A stretch of 46,917 bases of DNA from a virus (lineage: Duplodnaviria > Heunggongvirae > Uroviricota > Caudoviricetes), in IMG/VR virus record IMGVR_UViG_2974695582_000001, positions 1-46,917 of that record; one strand, 5' to 3'. Positions within the stretch are counted from its first letter, which is position 1, and the number at the start of each line of letters is the position of its first letter. The translations under genes were made by a program, and so were the position numbers. Shown here in pieces: positions 5,187-13,416 of the stretch. A model generated the notes under the pieces. The model worked only from the letters and a program-made list of their open reading frames with translations, did not search any database and was not told the DNA's origin.

Positions 5187-5882
5187 TTAGTAGCCACACC
5201 TCGGGGCGGTAACCCAATGAGATGCACCTCTACCATTATTCCACAACTTCCAGAATGCTGCATCTTGCTGTGCTGGCGAATAGTTCATCGCCTTACCTGG
5301 AAGTCCAGTCACACTTTGCCAAGTTCCGTCCATGAACTGATAAGCTCCTGACGCTCCCGAGCTTGGATTCAATGCTCGGTAGTTACCACCTGACTCATAC
5401 TTCCGGATACATGCAGCAATCCCACCGGGTGCCACATGGTTATTACTATTTCCGTTTGTATTTGCTCTTGGCTGCTGGACCTTCGGCTTATATACGCGAG
5501 GCTTAGAATTTGCCTCACGCTGCTTCCTGGCCCTTTCTGCCGCAGCAGCTAGCTGTGCCTGACGCTGCTTTTCTGCTGCTTCTGCTTGGGCTTCCTTTCG
5601 GGCCTTTTCTTCAGCGGCCTTCTTCTCTGCCTCAGCAATCTCTCTAACTCTCTTTTCGGCTTGAGCCTTCTGACTCAAACGCTTATCTCTAGCCATCTGT
5701 TCAATGTCTGAAACAAGTGGCTGCCGCGTGTCGCTTCGCGACGACCTATGGTCATCCTCTCCACGGTCCGACTGGCTGTCGGCTGCTACGACAGGTCTTT
5801 CTGTATTACTCTCCACTACTACAAAAGATGTAGTTCCTGCAACTGCAAGGACTGTGGCTAGTGTTGCGAATGTTCTCTTCAT
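5187..5882 (-). CDS. Secreted transglycosylase-like protein (Rpf/SceD-like lysozyme-fold domain)
   Basis: N-terminal signal peptide, Ala/Glu/Lys coiled-coil stalk, C-terminal CIRKYESGGNY...ASGAYQF...TW...SPAQQD...W; AAGGAGG RBS. Confidence 0.85.
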   Translation of the reverse strand: MKRTFATLATVLAVAGTTSFVVVESNTERPVVAADSQSDRGEDDHRSSRSDTRQPLVSDIEQMARDKRLSQKAQAEKRVREIAEAEKKAAEEKARKEAQAEAAEKQRQAQLAAAAERARKQREANSKPRVYKPKVQQPRANTNGNSNNHVAPGGIAACIRKYESGGNYRALNPSSGASGAYQFMDGTWQSVTGLPGKAMNYSPAQQDAAFWKLWNNGRGASHWVTAPRCGY

Positions 5883-5912
5883 GAGACCTCCTTTGTCAGC
5901 AACGATTCATCT

Positions 5913-5941
5913 AATGTACCAGACTAGTAACAAACCTGCAA
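5913..5941 (-). promoter_or_regulatory. Leftward promoter TTGCAG-17-TACATT
   Basis: Hexamer spacing upstream of the Rpf-like gene. Confidence 0.5.
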
Positions 5942-5975
5942 CTATGATGTTGCAAAGAAAGGCGGGTCTTTCTAC

Positions 5976-6005
5976 TTGACAGCAAGGGAAGAGACCTGTT
6001 AAGGT
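5976..6005 (+). promoter_or_regulatory. Rightward promoter TTGACA-18-TAAGGT (divergent pair)
   Basis: Consensus -35 at the point where transcription switches direction. Confidence 0.7.
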
Positions 6006-6046
6006 AAGTATTACACTAGAAACAAAAGAGAGAAGAGTATAAGCAA

Positions 6047-7045
6047 TTGAGAGTAAGTTTCTATACAGTTAGAAGTAATCTAAAGACTGATAATGGATAC
6101 GGTTATGCTGGTCATAACATCCGCAATAGTCTAGAGAAGCTTGGACACACTGTTAACTTTCACGACGAACAGGCTGACGTACAGCTTGATTTCTGTCAAC
6201 CCCCACTTTATGCGCATTTCCCCAATCAGTATAAGATTGGTTACACTCCGTGGGAGTCGTCCTCTTTGCCAGAAGGTTGGCTAGAGGGCTTTTCTTCTGT
6301 TGATGAGGTATGGACTACATCACAAAAGTGTAAAGAATGGTATAAGGAAGCCGGGGTATCCAAGCCAATCCATGTCTTTGAGCATGGAATTGAAGAAATT
6401 TGGTCACCAAAGCAAAGGAATCCCCAAAACAAGGTTAAGTTTCTGCATGTAGGAGAGCCAGCACCTCGAAAGGGAGGGCAAATGGCCCTGGAAGCCTTCC
6501 GACTTGCGTTTGGTAATCAAGATGATGTACATTTGACTATCAAGAGCAACGGATTTAACTCAACTCGTGTGTATACTTCCACGTTTCATCGTGGCGGACC
6601 ACGAAGTATCCTTGGTCTTCCCCATCAGGTTTATCAAAACGTTACAGTTCTTGAGGACAAGCTGTCTCTTGAGGAACTGGTAGGACTCTATCACAGCCAT
6701 CACGCGCTTGTCTACCCATCCTGGGGAGAAGGATTTGGTCTTATTCCTCTTCAGGGCCTTGCAACCGGTATGCCGACCATTTGTACCGGTGCCTGGGCAC
6801 CATATGAGAGATTTTTGGGGGATTTGAATCTCAATTCTCGATTGGCAAGTAGCCGCTGGTCAGATATTCATCCTGGGAACATGTATGAACCTAGTATGGA
6901 CCATCTTGTTGAGCTTTATCGTTATACGTATGACAATTACAATGAATTGTCTAAGCAATTCTACGATAATTCAAATAAAGTACATTCAGAATATAATTGG
7001 GATAACCTTACACGAGAAGCATTCGAGCATTTGGAGAATAGATGA
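6047..7045 (+). CDS. GT-B fold (GT4-like) glycosyltransferase 1
   Basis: VDEVWTTS, KFLHVG..PRKGG, LVYPSWGEGFGLIPLQGLATGMPTI; TTG start. Confidence 0.9.
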   Translation: MRVSFYTVRSNLKTDNGYGYAGHNIRNSLEKLGHTVNFHDEQADVQLDFCQPPLYAHFPNQYKIGYTPWESSSLPEGWLEGFSSVDEVWTTSQKCKEWYKEAGVSKPIHVFEHGIEEIWSPKQRNPQNKVKFLHVGEPAPRKGGQMALEAFRLAFGNQDDVHLTIKSNGFNSTRVYTSTFHRGGPRSILGLPHQVYQNVTVLEDKLSLEELVGLYHSHHALVYPSWGEGFGLIPLQGLATGMPTICTGAWAPYERFLGDLNLNSRLASSRWSDIHPGNMYEPSMDHLVELYRYTYDNYNELSKQFYDNSNKVHSEYNWDNLTREAFEHLENR

Positions 7046-8025
7046 AGATTTCCTTTCATACTGAAAAGGACAACCTAGATACAACACGTGGATATGGAAC
7101 CGCTGGATTCAGAATGGTTACCTCTCTACAGGAACTTGGTCATGAAGTTCCATTTGATGATGCTAGTGCGCCTGTACAGATTTCATGGAACCCGCCGCAC
7201 TGGTACAAGTTCAACGAAGGTCAGTACCGTATCGGATACACACCTTGGGAGTCAACTGAGCTTCCAGATGGATGGGTGCGAGCCATGAATGACTGTGATG
7301 AGGTTTGGGCGACCTCAGAATGGGTTGGGAACGTCTACGAAATGGCCGGGGTCAAGAAACCCATTTATGTATATGAGCACGGCCTAGACAAAAAGTGGGA
7401 GCCACGTAGACGTAAGGCCGGTGAGGTCATCAAGTTCCTTCACATGGGAGAGCCAGCCTTGCGAAAGGGTGGTCAGATGACTGTTGAAGCCTTCAGAGAA
7501 GTGTTTGGTGACCGTGAAGATGTTCACTTGACAATCAAGGCGTATCATCAGCACTTTTTGCGAGTTTGGAAAGATGGAAAGATTACAACTCCAGATAAGG
7601 CTTATAACAATGTATCTGTAATTACAGACCAAATGCATTTCGGTGAATTGCTGGACTTGTATTATGAACATGATGTGTTGGTATATCCTTCATACGGAGA
7701 AGGATTCGGATTTATCCCGCTTCAAGCGTTGGGAACTGGAATGCCAGTGATTTCTACTCACAAGTGGGCACCATACGATAAGCATTTGAAGGAGTATTGC
7801 ATTGGTTCGAGATACGACAGAAGCATTTGGGCTCTACATCCTGGGAATGTTCTATATCCAAACTACGATGACCTCAAGGCTACTCTTCGGTTCATTTCGG
7901 ATAGGGAAGAACTTGAGTTTGCACACAATCTCTATTATCACCGGGCCGAAACAGTCCATAGAGAGTATGATTGGGTAAACAAGACAGAGAAAGCCTTCGC
8001 GCACATCGTGACCAAGTTTACATAA
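7042..8025 (+). CDS. GT-B fold (GT4-like) glycosyltransferase 2, tandem paralog
   Basis: CDEVWATS, KFLHMG..LRKGG, LVYPSYGEGFGFIPLQALGTGMPVI; collinear with the preceding gene; ATGA overlap. Confidence 0.9.
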   Translation: MKISFHTEKDNLDTTRGYGTAGFRMVTSLQELGHEVPFDDASAPVQISWNPPHWYKFNEGQYRIGYTPWESTELPDGWVRAMNDCDEVWATSEWVGNVYEMAGVKKPIYVYEHGLDKKWEPRRRKAGEVIKFLHMGEPALRKGGQMTVEAFREVFGDREDVHLTIKAYHQHFLRVWKDGKITTPDKAYNNVSVITDQMHFGELLDLYYEHDVLVYPSYGEGFGFIPLQALGTGMPVISTHKWAPYDKHLKEYCIGSRYDRSIWALHPGNVLYPNYDDLKATLRFISDREELEFAHNLYYHRAETVHREYDWVNKTEKAFAHIVTKFT

Positions 8026-8057
8026 TTGTGACATAGAAAATTAGTTTTCACCCCTGC

Positions 8058-8105
8058 CTACTAAAGGTGGGGGTGTTACTATAGAAGAACCACTAAATAT
8101 TGAAC
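8058..8105 (+). promoter_or_regulatory. Two NrdR-box-like sites 32 bp apart flanking an extended -10 (TGT-TACTAT, 8074-8082)
   Basis: 8090-8105 CCACTAAATATTGAAC matches all core positions of acaCwAtATaTwGtgt; 8058-8073 CTACTAAAGGTGGGGG is a weaker match; directly upstream of the RNR gene. Confidence 0.65.
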
Positions 8106-8140
8106 AGGCCCACCGTGGGCCAGAAGGAGTTTTGCTTTTT

Positions 8141-10084
8141 ATGGATTTCATTGACGCTACGGGCCGCATCAACGACCCTTACCGTAACTTTATTCACCTA
8201 TCCCGTTACTCAAGGTGGCTAGACACTGAGGGACGCAGAGAGACTTGGGTTGAGACTGTTGACCGTTACATCGACTTTATGCTCAACCACCTAAAGAAGA
8301 ACAATGGTTATACCCCACCACAGAACCACATTGACCTTGTTCGTGGATACATTCTAGAACATCGAGCACTTCCGTCTATGCGAGCACTTATGACCGCAGG
8401 ACCAGCGCTTGAGAGAAACAATATTGCAGGTTATAACTGTTCCTATGTCGTTGTTGACAATCCCGTTGCATTTGATGAGATTCTCTACATCCTCATGAAT
8501 GGTACAGGGGTCGGATTCTCCTGTGAGGAGCGTTATGTTTCACAGCTTCCAGTAATCCCACAGCTTCACGATTCAGATAACGTAATTGTAGTTGAGGATT
8601 CAAAGGAGGGATGGGCTCATGCTTATCACGACCTTGTTGCAGGTCTTTACAATGGAGTTATCCAGAAGTGGGATGTTAGTAAGGTTCGTCCGGCTGGAGC
8701 AAGACTTAAGACGTTTGGTGGTCGTGCATCTGGTCCAGACCCGCTAGTTGAACTCTTTGAGTTTACAGTTTCTACTTTCCTTAAGGCACAGGGCCGCAAG
8801 CTCACTGACCTTGAGGCTCACGACATTGTTTGTGAGATTGCAAGTGTTGTAGTTGTTGGCGGGGTTCGTCGTTCAGCTCTTATTTCTCTTGGTGACCTTG
8901 GTTCTGACGGACACCGTTCGGCTAAGTCAGGTAACTGGTGGGAGAAGGATGGACAGAGGGCTCTAGCAAATAACTCAGCCGTTTTCGATTCAAAGCCTAG
9001 TCGAGAGGTGTTTGATAGAGAGTGGCAGGCTCTAATTGATTCTGGTTCAGGTGAGCGTGGAATCTTTAACCGTGAGGCTTCTCGTAAGCAGGCAGCTAAG
9101 TTTGGTCGTCGTGAGCATGATGTGGATTATGGAACTAATCCATGTTCTGAAATCATTCTTCGTCCAAATCAGTTCTGTAACCTTTCAACTGTAGTTGTTG
9201 AGGCTGATGATACCTACATCACCTTGGCTTCAAAGGTTCGAGCAGCAACAATTCTTGGTACCTGGCAGTCTACACTAACAAACTTTAAGTATCTTCGACC
9301 TCTTTGGAAGCAGAATACTGAGCAGGAGCGACTTCTCGGAGTTTCGATGACTGGTCCATTTGGTAATAAGTTGCTGAACGGAACGATTTCATTCGGAAAG
9401 ACGGAGGATGTTCTTGTTGCTCTACGCTTTGAAGCAGTAAAGATGAATCAGATTGTTGCTGACGAAATTGGAATTCCTCGTTCTGCTGCAATCACTTGTG
9501 TTAAGCCAGAAGGAACAACTTCACAGCTTACTCTTACATCATCGGGATTGCACGCTTGGCATAAGGAAGAGTATATTCGTACAGTCAGAATGGACCGCAA
9601 GGACTCGCTTTGCCAGTTCATGATTGATGCTGGATTCCCGTGGGAGCCAGATGTTATGAATCCAGAGAATACGGCTGTGTTCTCATTCCCAATTGAGGCT
9701 CCAGAGGGTGCTATTACACGTCACGAGTTGGATGCAAAGCGCCATCTTGACCTTTGGATGCTATATCAGCGTGCATGGTGTGAGCACAAGCCTTCTGTCA
9801 CGATTTACGTGAAGCCAGAAGAGTGGGATGAGGTTGGAGATTGGGTTTACGAGAACTTCGATGAAGTTTCTGGTATTTCCTTCCTTCCTCATTCAGAGCA
9901 CACATATCAGCAGGCTCCATATCAGGACATTACCCGAGAGGAATATCTTGAGTGGGTAGAGAGAATGCCTAAGGATGTCGATTGGGACCTTCTTTCTTCT
10001 TATGAATTGGAAGATGAGACTACTGGAACACAGGAACTAGCTTGTACTGCTGGTGCTTGTGATGTAGTTGATGTAGTTAGATAA
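8141..10084 (+). CDS. nrdJ: Class II (adenosylcobalamin-dependent) ribonucleotide reductase
   Basis: PSMRALMTAG, YNCS, GTGVGFS, TNPCSEI active-site motif, ITCVKPEGT, HKPSVT, C-terminal CTAGAC; ATG 8141 fits the AAGGAG RBS better than TTG 8132. Confidence 0.92.
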   Translation: MDFIDATGRINDPYRNFIHLSRYSRWLDTEGRRETWVETVDRYIDFMLNHLKKNNGYTPPQNHIDLVRGYILEHRALPSMRALMTAGPALERNNIAGYNCSYVVVDNPVAFDEILYILMNGTGVGFSCEERYVSQLPVIPQLHDSDNVIVVEDSKEGWAHAYHDLVAGLYNGVIQKWDVSKVRPAGARLKTFGGRASGPDPLVELFEFTVSTFLKAQGRKLTDLEAHDIVCEIASVVVVGGVRRSALISLGDLGSDGHRSAKSGNWWEKDGQRALANNSAVFDSKPSREVFDREWQALIDSGSGERGIFNREASRKQAAKFGRREHDVDYGTNPCSEIILRPNQFCNLSTVVVEADDTYITLASKVRAATILGTWQSTLTNFKYLRPLWKQNTEQERLLGVSMTGPFGNKLLNGTISFGKTEDVLVALRFEAVKMNQIVADEIGIPRSAAITCVKPEGTTSQLTLTSSGLHAWHKEEYIRTVRMDRKDSLCQFMIDAGFPWEPDVMNPENTAVFSFPIEAPEGAITRHELDAKRHLDLWMLYQRAWCEHKPSVTIYVKPEEWDEVGDWVYENFDEVSGISFLPHSEHTYQQAPYQDITREEYLEWVERMPKDVDWDLLSSYELEDETTGTQELACTAGACDVVDVVR

Positions 10085-10095
10085 GAATTCACTTA

Positions 10096-10124
10096 GAACC
10101 CGGCCAAATAGGCCGGGTTTCTTT
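10096..10124 (+). terminator. Intrinsic terminator after nrdJ
   Basis: AACCCGGCC-AAATA-GGCCGGGTT followed by TCTTT. Confidence 0.85.
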
Positions 10125-10151
10125 GTGTTTCTGAAGCTTTAGCGTTATACT
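10123..10151 (+). promoter_or_regulatory. Promoter TTGTGT-17-TATACT for the endolysin
   Basis: Overlaps the terminator U-tract. Confidence 0.6.
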
Positions 10152-10174
10152 GTATGAAGGAGGTGAAAGATAAT

Positions 10175-11188
10175 ATGGCAACACCAATGACGGCAACACA
10201 AATTGTCGCTCAGCTAAAGAAGTGGGGAGTTCCTTATAAGGAGTATAAGGATTGGAAGAACCACAATCGTAATCATATGGGTGCATGGGGTCCTGTAAAC
10301 GGATTCATGGTTCACCACACAGGTTCCGACAGCAAGGACCAGCGTGAACTACTTTACGCGGGTATTTCTGGTCTTCCTGGTCCACTTTGTCATTTCGGCC
10401 TTGCTCAGGATGGAACTGTCCACCTAGTTGGATGGGGAAGAGCAAATCACGCGGGGTCTGGTGACCCAGACGTTCTAAAGGCAGTAATTGATGAGAGCTA
10501 TGGAGCAAATCCGCCTGTAGACAATCAGTCTTCAGTTGACGGAAATGCAAGGTTCTATGGTGTAGAGATTTGGTATTCGGGAAGTCATGCAATGTCAGCA
10601 GCTCAGTATGCGACTCTTCGCAAGCTGGCTTCAGCTATTTGCGATTTCCACGGATGGTCAGAAAAGAGCGTAATTGGTCACGGTGAATGGGGAAGTCCTG
10701 GTAAGTGGGACCCCGGCATTTCATCAGGAAAGATGATGGATATGGCAAAGGTTCGTGCGGACGTTAAGTCTACTCTTGGCGGAAGCAAGACGCCTGACCC
10801 AGTTCCATCAAAGCCAGCAGATTCAGCAAGCACTCACACAGTTGTAAAGGGAGAAACCCTTTGGGCTATTGCTTCTAAGTACAAGGTGAGTGTGGACAAC
10901 CTAAAGAAGTGGAATAACCTTAAGTCAGAGTCTCTTGACGTTGGTCAGAAGCTCGTTGTTAAGGCTCCAGCATCGACAGGAGGTACAGCTACAGTGGCAA
11001 AGAAGGACGCAACTTATAAGTCAGTTTGGGATTTGGATGCATCAACTCCACCAAAGGGACATGAGACCACAGCTAACCCAACTTGGGCACCTATGAGCAT
11101 TCTTCGTGGTATCTATGAAAACCTTGAGACATTGTCTAAGAAGGTTGACGAGCTATCCAAGAAGATTGACGCACTAGAATCTAAGTGA
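10175..11188 (+). CDS. Endolysin: N-acetylmuramoyl-L-alanine amidase + LysM domain
   Basis: Amidase_2-like MVHHTG, ANHAG, FYGVE, VIGHGEW, KWDP; LysM HTVVKGETLWAIASKY...NLKKWNNL; GGAGGTGA RBS before ATG 10175. Confidence 0.9.
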   Translation: MATPMTATQIVAQLKKWGVPYKEYKDWKNHNRNHMGAWGPVNGFMVHHTGSDSKDQRELLYAGISGLPGPLCHFGLAQDGTVHLVGWGRANHAGSGDPDVLKAVIDESYGANPPVDNQSSVDGNARFYGVEIWYSGSHAMSAAQYATLRKLASAICDFHGWSEKSVIGHGEWGSPGKWDPGISSGKMMDMAKVRADVKSTLGGSKTPDPVPSKPADSASTHTVVKGETLWAIASKYKVSVDNLKKWNNLKSESLDVGQKLVVKAPASTGGTATVAKKDATYKSVWDLDASTPPKGHETTANPTWAPMSILRGIYENLETLSKKVDELSKKIDALESK

Positions 11189-11194
11189 TATAAT
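11166..11194 (+). promoter_or_regulatory. Strong promoter TTGACG-17-TATAAT in the 3' end of the endolysin gene
   Basis: Near-perfect consensus; no RBS-led ORF before the next terminator. Confidence 0.8.
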
Positions 11195-11200
11195 CTAAGT

Positions 11201-11303
11201 ACAGCCTAGGAAATGAGTCCGGGTTGTCTGTGGCGCTAGTGCAGCGCTCTTTAGGATGGAATTATAATTACCGTCATAGCCTCGCCTTCGGGCGGGGCTA
11301 TTG
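11201..11303 (+). ncRNA. Candidate stand-alone small RNA (~100 nt)
   Basis: Bracketed by its own promoter and terminator; hairpin-rich; shares sequence with the tRNA-operon spacers. Confidence 0.6.
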
Positions 11304-11310
11304 GCGTTTT
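11276..11310 (+). terminator. Terminator-like hairpin
   Basis: ATAGCCTCGCC-TTCG-GGCGGGGCTAT then TGGCGTTTT (imperfect U-tract). Confidence 0.7.
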
Positions 11311-11330
11311 CGATGCTATTCCGGTATAAT
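11301..11330 (+). promoter_or_regulatory. Promoter TTGGCG-18-TATAAT
   Basis: 10 nt upstream of ATG 11341. Confidence 0.6.
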
Positions 11331-11340
11331 TCAAATTACA

Positions 11341-13035
11341 ATGACTTATATCTATCATGTTAGAAGAGATAATCCGATTGGACTCTGGTCTTTCGACTCG
11401 CAACCTCTCAATGACGATTCCGGATATGGCGCTAATGCCACTTTTACCGGGTCTCCAACTACAACCCGCCCAATTGTGTCCGGTGGGGTTGCGGCTCAGC
11501 ATGTGGATTCTGCTGACACAATCAATTACCCAATCACCAACATTATGATTGAGGGTAGAGAGTACCGCGCATTTTCACTAGAGGCTTGGATTAAGCCACA
11601 GACCGGAAACGGGACTATCCTTGCTCGTGATGACAGCGGACTGTTCCTTGACGGTCTAAATCTTAGATTCTCGGTGGCATTTGGTACTACTGTCAGTGTA
11701 ACTTACACCCATTTGGATGCAGGAAATGTATATCATGTTGTAGGTGCATTTGATGGTCAGTCTATTCTTCTATTCCTTAATGGTCAGGTAGTTGCTAGTG
11801 CAGAGGTTGACAGGTCAATTGTAGATACTGGATTTGCCGATACTTCTTCGGTCATGAAGACGGCATCGACAGGCTCTTTTGTAATTGATACTCCAGCAGT
11901 TTACAATTATGCACTAGATTCATCATCAATTAATAGGCATTACTATGATGGAATTGATTATCCAGAAATTGTTAATCTTTCTCTAAATAATGGAGGTAAG
12001 TATTATCAGTTCTCAGACTCACATGCCAAGGTCTATGAGACCATTTCATTTGGTGATACTGATTCGTGGAGCCTAGGTCTGTTTGATGTCACTCTGGCTG
12101 AAGTAGATAACAAATTGGTAAACCTATATGATGAAGCTTCTGAAGATTGGCTAGGTGGAGTGTGGACGTACCAATACTCAGTTGATGTTGAAACCGGCGC
12201 GGGTATTACTTTGAATGGCTCTCGTATCACCTGGGATTCTTTGGGGTCAATTACTGTAGAGACATCTGTTGATGGTACTACGTGGACTCCAGTAACAAAT
12301 GGAAGTTCGATTGTTGGAACTCAGGACCTATCTACAGGATATGTCATTTCGGTTAGAATTACTCTCCCAACAACAACTGAGCAAACTTACGTAGACAATC
12401 TAAAGCTTGTATTTTATACAGACAAGACAGTGTATGGAAGTGATGAGTCTCTTCCAGCTACATTCGTTGACCCACTTACAGTAACTCTAGCTGAAGAAGC
12501 TTATGCTCCAGCTAGTTTTAATGACAATCTTGGAGTGTTGCTTCCAGCGAACAATGGATTTTCAATTCCTGCCGATACCGACTTTGACCCTTACAATGCC
12601 GTAGAAATGACAGTCAGATTTGATACTAGTACAGCTAGTAAGACTGTTCTATCAGTGGGTTCAGCTTCCATCACAACAAACGGAACCGGACAGTGGACAT
12701 TTACGGGACTATCAGCTCTTTATATTGACGGACAGGCTGTTACATCACCCGCAACAATTTCGCCTGGTATGTGGCATCACGTCCTTGCTGTATTTACAGG
12801 AACAACTTCTCCAGTGTATGTAGGAAATAGCTCTGCTGGAACTGCTGGATATCCGATGAGGGTTGGTTATCTCGCCCTATACGCAAGTGACATTACCTCA
12901 ACGATGGCAGATGCAATTTATGATGCTTGGGTTGGTACAGCAGCTATTAGAGTGTCTGAAACTGCTATTGGACAGATTTCTGAGGGTGGTTTCCGAGCTT
13001 ATGCCTACGACTGGTCAATTACTGGCGCAGGATGA
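11341..13035 (+). CDS. Virion-associated protein with LamG/concanavalin-A-like domains
   Basis: PIGLWSFD, FSLEAWIK, YHVVGAFDG...LFLNG and WHHVLAVF patterns; true start 11341 (the track extension runs through the sRNA). Confidence 0.75.
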   Translation: MTYIYHVRRDNPIGLWSFDSQPLNDDSGYGANATFTGSPTTTRPIVSGGVAAQHVDSADTINYPITNIMIEGREYRAFSLEAWIKPQTGNGTILARDDSGLFLDGLNLRFSVAFGTTVSVTYTHLDAGNVYHVVGAFDGQSILLFLNGQVVASAEVDRSIVDTGFADTSSVMKTASTGSFVIDTPAVYNYALDSSSINRHYYDGIDYPEIVNLSLNNGGKYYQFSDSHAKVYETISFGDTDSWSLGLFDVTLAEVDNKLVNLYDEASEDWLGGVWTYQYSVDVETGAGITLNGSRITWDSLGSITVETSVDGTTWTPVTNGSSIVGTQDLSTGYVISVRITLPTTTEQTYVDNLKLVFYTDKTVYGSDESLPATFVDPLTVTLAEEAYAPASFNDNLGVLLPANNGFSIPADTDFDPYNAVEMTVRFDTSTASKTVLSVGSASITTNGTGQWTFTGLSALYIDGQAVTSPATISPGMWHHVLAVFTGTTSPVYVGNSSAGTAGYPMRVGYLALYASDITSTMADAIYDAWVGTAAIRVSETAIGQISEGGFRAYAYDWSITGAG

Positions 13036-13062
13036 CGTTTTTGACGCATTCTTTACCACAAT

Positions 13063-13091
13063 TTGCCCTTAGGTGAAGACAAAGGTATAAT
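13063..13091 (+). promoter_or_regulatory. Promoter TTGCCC-17-TATAAT (leaderless ATG 13099)
   Basis: -10 ends 7 nt before ATG. Confidence 0.75.
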
Positions 13092-13098
13092 TTTTGAT

Positions 13099-13416
13099 AT
13101 GAAGACTACACGAAAGCAAATTGTTGAAGAGGTTCCCTGGGGAGTTTATGTCTGGGAAATGCCTGATGGTCGCTGGATTGGTGACGATGAGGGTAATTTC
13201 CTGAATATTGCTTCTATGAAGGGTAACCAAAAGCGCATTCAGGAGCTTAAGGATACTGTGCGCTCTTACGGTATTACCGAAGGTAAGCCGTTCTTTCTGT
13301 CTGGTCACAGGCAGGTAAATGATGAAGAATTTGAGAATCAGAAGCGTCGAATGGCATTTGGTCTAATCCCAGATGAGCTTGATGTTGCTGCATTCAGAGA
13401 GGGTAATACTAAGTAA
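13099..13416 (+). CDS. Hypothetical protein preceding the portal (105 aa)
   Basis: ORF with TAATG coupling to the portal; start moved to ATG 13099. Confidence 0.85.
   Translation: MKTTRKQIVEEVPWGVYVWEMPDGRWIGDDEGNFLNIASMKGNQKRIQELKDTVRSYGITEGKPFFLSGHRQVNDEEFENQKRRMAFGLIPDELDVAAFREGNTK

Noticed and set aside
1634-8025. Complete cytosine hypermodification pathway (C5-MTase + TET + glycosyltransferases)
   Set aside because: No 2OG-Fe(II) dioxygenase or dCMP hydroxymethylase is visible in the window and the genes are in divergent operons; cannot be excluded for the rest of the genome
752-8050. Shared TTGTGACAT...AGTTTTCA words at 752-771 and 8026-8050 (CRP-like half site)
   Set aside because: Spacing differs, there is no second TCACA half-site, and short AT-rich matches are expected by chance
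8026-8140. Cobalamin riboswitch upstream of the B12-dependent RNR
   Set aside because: Only ~115 nt are available and no B12-box or GGGAA core is seen
11224-11340. N-terminal extension of the LamG gene given by the ORF track
   Set aside because: It crosses a terminator hairpin, lacks an RBS, and a promoter sits just before ATG 11341
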